Positions 56,209 to 64,000 of a stretch of 64,000 nt of DNA are shown here, in pieces; position 1 is the stretch's first letter; every line of letters begins with the position of its first letter. The position numbers were made by a program, and so were the translations under genes. The stretch lies in NCBI GenBank assembly GCA_002841395.1, contig PGZM01000001.1, positions 298,089 to 362,088 of the forward strand. Reading direction: 5' to 3'. The DNA comes from Firmicutes bacterium HGW-Firmicutes-9 (GTDB taxonomy: Bacteria; Bacillota; Clostridia; Christensenellales; CAG-138). The notes beneath the pieces are model-generated. The model was not told the origin of the DNA. It saw only the letters and a list, made by a program, of their open reading frames with translations, and did not search any database.

Positions 56209-56306
56209 CCTTCATTGCAATTCAATCACTATCAGGATCAATTACTAAAATCGTAACGACTTTTCACTGGCGCGTCAAGTCCTTCTTAAAATAGTCGGAT
56301 TAAAAA

Positions 56307-56388
56307 AGAATTGCCCCCGTTTGCAACTGTCGCGCAACGCCGAGCCATCATCGGAACCGAGCAACGATCTGCAAATCGGGGGTCAATT
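56307..56388 (-). terminator. Long hairpin + T-run about 95 nt upstream of zupT (terminator or attenuator of an upstream leader/RNA)
   Basis: Minus strand: gaattgacccccgatttgca...44 nt...tgcaaacgggggcaattc followed by ttttttaa. Confidence 0.5.
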
Positions 56389-56695
56389 CAAGGAGAGAGG
56401 AAAAGAAGAAATACGATTGCGACGCCCTGGTGCCTGCCCGCATTGCCCAGATACGAGCCTGCAACCCGACACGCTGTTCTCCGTTTGTGCGCCGTGTTGT
56501 TAAGGCGATGGGACAAGCATCGCGAGAAAGCGAAACACGCGTTCTTGCCCCGCGCGCGGTTCCCCGTAGCAAACCCCAGAGACACGATCGTGCCGCATGC
56601 AGGCAGCTGGCGAACAGCGCAGAGTTGGCGCACTTACGAAGGGGATAAACTTGCGGTGCAGCCGCAAAACGCAACCGCACCGATAGATTGTTGAC

Positions 56696-58012
56696 TTAAC
56701 TTTCGAGGATGTACTGGTTCAGCACGGTTTCAAGGTATTCCTGCCGACCGGACGTGTTTGGCGTGACCCCGTGGATCAGCGCGTATGCCTCCAGTTCGGA
56801 GAAACCGACTCTGCCACCGATGATGTCCTTGCCGATGCCTTCGGCATAGCTTTCGTAGCGTTTTGCGATGAATTGCTCAAACACGCCGTCTTCGATGAGC
56901 TTTGCCGCCACGCGAAGACCTTTTGCAAACGTGTCCATGCCTGCGATATACGCGAGGAACAGGTCGTCCTCCTGGAAGGAACCGCGCCGCACTTTTGCGT
57001 CGAAGTTCAGCCCGCCGGTGGTGAATCCGCCCGCAAGCAGCACCTCATACATCGCAAGCGTGGTGTCATAGATGCTGGTGGGAAACTGATCCGTATCCCA
57101 GCCGAGCATTGGATCGCCGGTGTTTGCGTCCACGCTGCCGAATACGCCGTTGATGCGCGCCATGTTCAGCTCGTGCTGGAAGGTATGCGCGGCGAGGGTC
57201 GCATGGTTGGCCTCAATGTTCATCTTGAAGTACGGTTCCAGATGATACTTGCGCAGGAACGCAAGAACGGTTGCCGTATCAAAGTCATATTGATGTTTCG
57301 TCGGCTCCTTCGGTTTGGGTTCGATGAGGAACTGTCCGGTAAAGCCGATTTTCTTTGCGTAATCCACGGCCATCTGCAGCAGCCGCGCAAAATTGTCCAA
57401 CTCCAATGAGGTGTTGGTGTTCAGCAGGGTTTCATAGCCTTCGCGTCCGCCCCAGAAAACATAGTTTTCGCCGCCGAGCAGCTGGGTGACCTCAATCGCC
57501 TTCTTGATCTGCGCGGCAGCATACGCAAACACGCTCGCGTTGGGAGAGGTGGAGGCGCCGTGGACGAACTTCTCGTCGCTGAAGCAGTTGGACGTACCCC
57601 AGAGGCACTTGATGCCCGTGCGCGCCATTTCCTGACGGATTACCTCGACCACCTCGTCGAGCACACGGTTGGTCTCGAGCAGGTTGCCCTGCCGCGGCGC
57701 GATATCTGCATCGTGGAAGCAGAAGTAGCCGATCTGCGCCTTTTCCATAAACTCAAACGCAGCGTGTACGCGTGCCTTTGCGCGGGCGATATCGTCAGCG
57801 GTTTCATCCCACGGGCGGAAGATCGTTGGCCCACCGAAGGGATCGTTTCCGCGATGGGTGAAGGTATGCCACCAGCTCATTGCAAAGCGGAGGTGATCCT
57901 TCATTTGCTTTCCGGCAACGACCTCGCTGGGGTTATAATACTTAAACGACAAGGGATTTTTGCTCTTCGGCCCTTCGTATGCGATGGTGCCGATCTGCTC
58001 AAAATATGCCAT
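56696..58012 (-). CDS. xylA: Xylose isomerase
   Basis: [33 protein letters not shown], and metal-site motifs including [17 protein letters not shown]. Confidence 0.95.
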   Translation of the reverse strand: MAYFEQIGTIAYEGPKSKNPLSFKYYNPSEVVAGKQMKDHLRFAMSWWHTFTHRGNDPFGGPTIFRPWDETADDIARAKARVHAAFEFMEKAQIGYFCFHDADIAPRQGNLLETNRVLDEVVEVIRQEMARTGIKCLWGTSNCFSDEKFVHGASTSPNASVFAYAAAQIKKAIEVTQLLGGENYVFWGGREGYETLLNTNTSLELDNFARLLQMAVDYAKKIGFTGQFLIEPKPKEPTKHQYDFDTATVLAFLRKYHLEPYFKMNIEANHATLAAHTFQHELNMARINGVFGSVDANTGDPMLGWDTDQFPTSIYDTTLAMYEVLLAGGFTTGGLNFDAKVRRGSFQEDDLFLAYIAGMDTFAKGLRVAAKLIEDGVFEQFIAKRYESYAEGIGKDIIGGRVGFSELEAYALIHGVTPNTSGRQEYLETVLNQYILES

Positions 58013-58068
58013 GATAGGACTCCTTTGGCCGGGGGGTCAGGTGTATCAGTGGAGATTACAGCAAGTGT

Positions 58069-59262
58069 TTACGCAACGGACTTGACTGCGCTGCGCTTGC
58101 TGACGACGTCGAAGATAACGGCGGCCAGTAGGACGAGACCCTTGACGACCTTCTGGAAGTTACTATCAACGCCGATGATGTTCATGCCGAGGTTGAGCAC
58201 GCCCATGAGCACCGCGCCGACGACCACGCCGCTGACCTTGCCGATGCCGCCATATGCGGATGCGCCGCCGATGAAGCAGGAGCCGATGGCATCGAGCTCA
58301 TAGTTGGTGCCCGCGGCAGGGTTTGCCGAGGTGAAGCGCGCCGCAACAACAAGAGCCGCCAGAGCGCTTAGGAAAGAGACGTTGACATACGCCGAGAAGT
58401 AGATGCGGTTGGTGTTGATGCCGGAGAGCTTCGTGGCCTTCTCGTTGCCGCCGAGAGCGTAGAAGTGGCGGCCAAACGTCGTCTTCGCGGTGATGTAGGT
58501 GTAAACAGCGACGATGCCGATGAGCCAGAGCAGGATGTACGGGATGCCCTTATACTGCGAGAGCTTGAACATCAGCAGCATGACGATGGCGCATAGCATA
58601 ACGATCTTAGCGTAGAGCGACGCGGGTTTTTCTGCGGCATAGCCTTTACGCTTTTTGTTCATATTGGTCAAAATGGTGGAAACGATGTAGATGACGCAGC
58701 AGATCACACCAAAGATGATGCTGGAGTACTTGATCGCGCCGCCGTCAAGCGCCGGAATATTCACGTAGTTGTTGAAAATGGCGAGATACTTATCCGAGAA
58801 GCCCGAGATGGTCAGGCCGCCGAGGATTGCCTGTGCAAGTCCGCGGAAGAGCAGCATGCCAGCGAGGGTAACGATGAACGGCGGGATACGCACATAGGCG
58901 ATCCAGAAGCCCTGCCAAACGCCGATGGCGACACCGCACAACAAGCAGATGACCATTACAAGGTAGATGTTCCAACCGAGGTTGACCATCAGTACGCCCG
59001 CAATCGCGCCGACGAGGCAGACCGTTGCGCCGACAGACAGGTCGATGTTACCGCCGGTGAGGATGCAAAGCAGCATGCCGACCGCAAGGATGACCACGTA
59101 GGAGTTCTGCATGATCAGGTTGTTGACGTTTTGCGGCAGGAACATGCGTCCTTCCGAGCGGAATACGAAGAACAGATAGACCAGAACAAGGGCGATGACC
59201 ATCGTGTTCTTCAGAAGAAATGATTTTGTTTTTTCCCAGAGGGCTGTGTTTTTGCTGCTCAT
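58069..59262 (-). CDS. xylH: Xylose ABC transporter permease
   Basis: 397 aa, polytopic. GGNIDLSVGA and GGASAYGGIGKV motifs. Position between xylG and xylA. Confidence 0.85.
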   Translation of the reverse strand: MSSKNTALWEKTKSFLLKNTMVIALVLVYLFFVFRSEGRMFLPQNVNNLIMQNSYVVILAVGMLLCILTGGNIDLSVGATVCLVGAIAGVLMVNLGWNIYLVMVICLLCGVAIGVWQGFWIAYVRIPPFIVTLAGMLLFRGLAQAILGGLTISGFSDKYLAIFNNYVNIPALDGGAIKYSSIIFGVICCVIYIVSTILTNMNKKRKGYAAEKPASLYAKIVMLCAIVMLLMFKLSQYKGIPYILLWLIGIVAVYTYITAKTTFGRHFYALGGNEKATKLSGINTNRIYFSAYVNVSFLSALAALVVAARFTSANPAAGTNYELDAIGSCFIGGASAYGGIGKVSGVVVGAVLMGVLNLGMNIIGVDSNFQKVVKGLVLLAAVIFDVVSKRSAVKSVA

Positions 59263-59265
59263 GAC

Positions 59266-60804
<1,539 letters not shown>

Positions 60805-60940
60805 AGTGTTCCTCCAAGATCGCGTGTTGAAATCAATTCCAGATGGAATTAATAGATTCGTAAGTTGTTTCGTAACGATTTCACTGCGCCAGAAACGAAA
60901 TAAGCGACGTACTGAAATCGCGGCGACGGGAGATTTGGGG

Positions 60941-60981
60941 AAAAAAATTCGAAGGGCGGGCGGGTGACCGCCCGCCCTTCG
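60941..60981 (-). terminator. Intra-operon GC hairpin + T-run between xylF and xylG (partial terminator/attenuator)
   Basis: Minus strand: cgaagggcgggcgg-tcac-ccgcccgcccttcg (14-bp stem) followed by aattttttt. Confidence 0.7.
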
Positions 60982-61008
60982 ACCGGTAGGACCGGAAGTT
61001 GGTTACGC

Positions 61009-62064
61009 TTAGCTAAGCTGGTCCGCGGTGTAATAACCGGAATCGATCAGCAGCTCTTTGTAGTTGTTGATGTCTGCAAACACCGGCGCGCAGAGGTAGG
61101 TCGGGATGATGCCCGTGCCGTTGTCATAGCTCTTGGTGTCGTTGACTTCGGGGGTCTTGCCCGCGAGCAGATCGCTGGCCATCTGGACGGTCTGCGCTGC
61201 GAGAGTACGGGTGTCCTTGAAGATGGACATCGACTGTTTGCCAGCGATGATGTCCTTGGTGTTGGCAACGTCGCAATCCTGACCGGTGACGATCGGGTAC
61301 TTGCCGGTGTAGGAGCTCGCCAGAGCGTTCGTTACGCCCTTCGCGGTGGAGTCGTTGGAGCAGAGGCAGGCATCCAGCTGGGTGCCGTCAGCATAGAAGG
61401 ACGCGAGGATGGCTTCCATGCGGGCCTGGGAGGTCTCGGTGCTCCACGCGGGGGTGGCGACTTCTTCGAACTTCATCTGGCCGGAAACAACCGTCAGAAC
61501 GCCGCTGTCGATGTACTTCTGGAGAACGTCGATTGCGCCCTGATAGAAGTAGAGAGCATTGTTGTCCGCCGGGTCGCCCGCGGTGATTTCGATGTTGTAC
61601 TTACCACCGTCGGCAAGCTTCAGAGAGGACTCAATGTACTGGCCCTGGATGGTGCCGACCATGTAGTTGTCAAACGTGCAGTAGTAGCTGACGGCGTCGG
61701 TGTCCATGATCAGGCGGTCATACGCGATGACGTAGATGCCCGCTTCCTTGGCGTTGCCGAGAACCTGGGTCAGCGTCTTGCCGTCGATGGCGGCGATGAC
61801 GAGAACCTTCACGCCCGCGGAGATCATGTTTTCGATCTGGCTGACCTGAGTGTTGACCTCGTTGTTGGCATACTGCAGATCAACTTTGTAACCAGCGGCT
61901 TCGAACTTTTCTTTCATGTTCGCGCCGTCCTGGTTCCAACGCTGCAGATCCTGTGTGGGCATCGAGATGCCGACGAACTTGTCGTTCTTGGCGCTGGTGC
62001 CTGCGCAAGCTGCCATTGAGAACAGCAATGCCACGACTAGGAGTACGGTGATGATTTTCTTCAT
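61009..62064 (-). CDS. xylF: D-xylose ABC transporter substrate-binding lipoprotein
   Basis: Signal peptide and lipobox MKKIITVLLVVALLFSMAAC. FVGISMPTQDLQRWNQDG and VKVLVIAAIDG. RBS AAGGAGGAG. Confidence 0.85.
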   Translation of the reverse strand: MKKIITVLLVVALLFSMAACAGTSAKNDKFVGISMPTQDLQRWNQDGANMKEKFEAAGYKVDLQYANNEVNTQVSQIENMISAGVKVLVIAAIDGKTLTQVLGNAKEAGIYVIAYDRLIMDTDAVSYYCTFDNYMVGTIQGQYIESSLKLADGGKYNIEITAGDPADNNALYFYQGAIDVLQKYIDSGVLTVVSGQMKFEEVATPAWSTETSQARMEAILASFYADGTQLDACLCSNDSTAKGVTNALASSYTGKYPIVTGQDCDVANTKDIIAGKQSMSIFKDTRTLAAQTVQMASDLLAGKTPEVNDTKSYDNGTGIIPTYLCAPVFADINNYKELLIDSGYYTADQLS

Positions 62065-62216
62065 GTGTACAATTCTCCTCCTTAAGATGTGATGTGTTTG
62101 ATGTGCCTACTTGGCTGTATCTACAAGCTATCACAATACTAGACAATCAGAAACAGGATATATCGGATAAATTCTGCTCAAAATTGGCTTATTTTTTACA
62201 AGCAAATTTAGCAGTA

Positions 62217-62230
62217 GCACAATATTGTGC
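62217..62230. promoter_or_regulatory. Perfect 14-bp palindrome about 150 bp upstream of xylF (candidate operator)
   Basis: gcacaat|attgtgc in the AT-rich xylF promoter region. Confidence 0.35.
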
Positions 62231-62290
62231 ATGCTGTTAAAAAATACGACAAAATAATCCTGTATTATAAAATCGTGCTAGTTTTTATAA

Positions 62291-62321
62291 CAAAAACGCC
62301 CGAACTGCTTGTTCGGGCGTT
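62291..62321 (-). terminator. Intrinsic terminator after the XylFII-like gene
   Basis: Minus strand: aacgcccgaac-aagca-gttcgggcgtt followed by tttttgtt. Confidence 0.75.
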
Positions 62322-62340
62322 TATTACGTTGAAACAACTG

Positions 62341-63387
62341 CTAATTGAGATTCAAATACACTTGTTCTCTGCGGTGAAAGCCGCCGTCGATGATCACTTC
62401 GTCGATGTTCCCGCGCGTTACCATGATGGGAGAGAGTTTTTTATAGGGCACATCGTAAACGCCGTCAAAGATCGTATCCGTGGTTTGCGGCATCTCGCCA
62501 AGCACCATCTTGACAACAATTTCCGCGGCTTCTTTTGCAAGCTTCTCCACGGGTTTATAGACGGTCATCAGCTGTGTACCTTCGACGATACGCTGGCAGG
62601 CGGCAAGATCTGCATCCTGACCGACCAGCTTTACGGAGCTTGCGAGGCGGTGCTCCGAGAGCGCAAGAAACGCCTGACTTGCGAGGTCGTCGTTGCCGCA
62701 GCGCACGCCGTCGAACTCGATACCGTCGGCAATCGCTTTGTTGACCACGTTGTAGGCAGTTTCGGCGAGCCAGTTCGGCGCATACTCCTGCGCGACGACG
62801 GTCAGCGTGCTGTTTGCAATCACCGCGTCAAAACCCTGGTCAGCCTGCGATACGTTTTGATCGGTGGGCGAGCCGCAAATGCTTAAAATCCGTCCGCCAC
62901 TGGGCAGGGAGTCGACCAGCGCTTCCGCCATCATTGTTCCGACCATCTCATTGTCAAACGAGATGTAGAGATCGCTGTTGGCGTTCATGATCAAGCGGTC
63001 ATAGGAGATCACATAGATGCCCGCATCCCGCGCTTTCTGGACGATATCCGAAAGTCCGTAGCAATCTACAGCGACCACCACGATGGCGTCCACGCCTTTT
63101 TTGATGAAGTATTCGATTTGCGAAACCTGCTCGCTGGAGCTGCCGTTGGCAATCTGTACGTTTACCTCAGCACCGAGCTCGCTGACGGTGGAGACAAACA
63201 CATCCCGGTCCCTCTGCCAGCGCTCGATTAAGAACGAGTCGAAGGACATGCCGATCAACGGCTTATCTTCGCCGCTCGGTTCGCTGCCTGTTTCCGGACT
63301 GCTTCCTGAACAACCGGGAGAAAACAGCGCAAAAAACAGCGCAAGCAGCAGGGGAATTGCGCGTTTCCAAACGCGGGCATACATCAT
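62341..63387 (-). CDS. XylF-paralogous sugar-binding lipoprotein (XylFII-like, probable sensor partner)
   Basis: Lipobox LFSPGC. LIGMSFDSFLIERWQRDRD and GVDAIVVVAVD are parallel to XylF motifs. Located next to an AraC-type regulator and upstream of xylFGH. Confidence 0.7.
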   Translation of the reverse strand: MMYARVWKRAIPLLLALFFALFSPGCSGSSPETGSEPSGEDKPLIGMSFDSFLIERWQRDRDVFVSTVSELGAEVNVQIANGSSSEQVSQIEYFIKKGVDAIVVVAVDCYGLSDIVQKARDAGIYVISYDRLIMNANSDLYISFDNEMVGTMMAEALVDSLPSGGRILSICGSPTDQNVSQADQGFDAVIANSTLTVVAQEYAPNWLAETAYNVVNKAIADGIEFDGVRCGNDDLASQAFLALSEHRLASSVKLVGQDADLAACQRIVEGTQLMTVYKPVEKLAKEAAEIVVKMVLGEMPQTTDTIFDGVYDVPYKKLSPIMVTRGNIDEVIIDGGFHRREQVYLNLN

Positions 63388-63430
63388 AATTGCGCCTCCG
63401 TTTCGTCTGTTGGCGTTGCATGTACGGGCC

Positions 63431-64000
63431 TTAGTGTCCGGCGGTTTGGAGCAGTTGCTCGCGGTACTCGGTTGGGGTGACGCCCTCGAATCGCTTGAAC
63501 AGCCGCGAGAAATAGTTCGGGTCGTTGTAGCCGATCTCGTTACAGATGGCTTTGATGTTCAGCCTGCCGTCCGCGAGCAGTTGCTTTGCGGTGTCTACGC
63601 GTTTTTGCGTCAGGTAGTTGATGAAGTTATCGCCCGTCTGTTCCTTGAAAAGCTTGCTGAAATAGTACGGACTGACGTGCACTTCCCGCGAGACTTCCTC
63701 TAGCGTGAGGTCGCGGTTAAAGTTGCGGTCGATGAAAAGGCGCGCTTTGGCGACGACGCGGTTTGCTTTTTCGTCCGCCTTTGTGGAGACGTTTCGTGCG
63801 CTTTCCGCGATTTTTCGCAAAAACCACACCTTCAGCTCCTCAAAGGTCTCGGTCGCGAGCACGGTCGGCAGATAATCGTCGCGATCGAGAAAGTGATACT
63901 TGAGCCCGCCGCCTTCGTGAAACGCGTTGTATTCCGCGCGCATCACAAACTCCAGCACCTTGAGGCGGATTGCCATGTCGTGCTCGGGGTAGCGCTCCAC
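63431..64000 (-). CDS. AraC-type HTH regulator, C-terminal part (5' end outside window; possibly a YesN-like response regulator)
   Basis: LTLEEVSREVHVSPYYFSKLFKEQTG...ICNEIGYNDPNYFSRLFKRFEGVTPTEYR (two AraC HTH units). The ORF runs off the window edge. Confidence 0.8.
   Translation of the reverse strand: MERYPEHDMAIRLKVLEFVMRAEYNAFHEGGGLKYHFLDRDDYLPTVLATETFEELKVWFLRKIAESARNVSTKADEKANRVVAKARLFIDRNFNRDLTLEEVSREVHVSPYYFSKLFKEQTGDNFINYLTQKRVDTAKQLLADGRLNIKAICNEIGYNDPNYFSRLFKRFEGVTPTEYREQLLQTAGH

Noticed and set aside
56300-56695. Cobalamin, TPP, SAM, T-box or Mn riboswitch; RNase P, tmRNA or SRP RNA
   Set aside because: I looked on both strands for the B12 box (GCCACTG), CUGAGA/ACCUGAUCUGGAUAAUGCC, the T-box GGGTGGTACCGCG, RNase P GAGGAAAGUCC and the tmRNA tag region, and found none. 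The region remains an unassigned structured candidate.
60964-62019. 351-aa plus-strand ORF
   Set aside because: Antisense to xylF, which has a lipobox, an RBS and conserved SBP motifs.

Overview
This 64-kb window looks like a moderately high-GC Firmicutes/Clostridia-type chromosome. That inference rests on GGAGG-type Shine-Dalgarno sites, lipobox lipoproteins and gene content; no searches were run. Coding density is high, and most long antisense ORFs in the six-frame track are GC-driven artefacts.

Main content:
1. A co-directional cluster on the + strand spans about 15.6 kb (1996-17626).
   - It begins with a sugar ABC importer: substrate-binding protein (SBP), tandem ATPase and two permeases.
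   - A complete bacterial microcompartment (BMC) operon follows at 7132-16399. Its shell genes are 4 BMC-H, 1 PduT-like BMC-T and 3 BMC-P.
   - Its cargo genes are two deoxyribose-phosphate aldolase paralogs with N-terminal encapsulation-peptide-like helices, PduL, an acylating aldehyde dehydrogenase, a PduS-like Fe-S flavoprotein, an RpiB/LacAB-type isomerase and one unassigned protein.
   - A LacI regulator closes the cluster.
   - No diol/ethanolamine/glycyl-radical signature enzyme and no alcohol dehydrogenase is present. The operon therefore matches the bioinformatically defined but experimentally uncharacterised sugar-phosphate-utilisation (SPU) BMC class. This is the most interesting system here.
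2. A 2.0-kb AT-rich insertion (20806-22828) is bounded by perfect 28-bp direct repeats of a terminator hairpin. It carries one 608-aa gene with a DUF4365/PD-(D/E)xK-like N-terminus and an unknown C-terminal region, making it a candidate single-gene defence or accessory island.
3. An initiator tRNA-Met lies about 213 bp from a displaced copy of its own 3' end.
4. Housekeeping and accessory operons include:
   - MsmX-type ATPase, YedF/DUF3343, a PadR triad and galK.
   - oppBCDFA, a third cytosolic deoC with reverse rubrerythrin, and psuK-psuG.
   - lipA-lplA and a ZIP transporter preceded by a roughly 480-nt GC-rich non-coding region.
   - xylA-xylFGH with a XylFII-like sensor binding protein and an AraC-type regulator.

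No rRNA, CRISPR array, transposase or integrase was seen.
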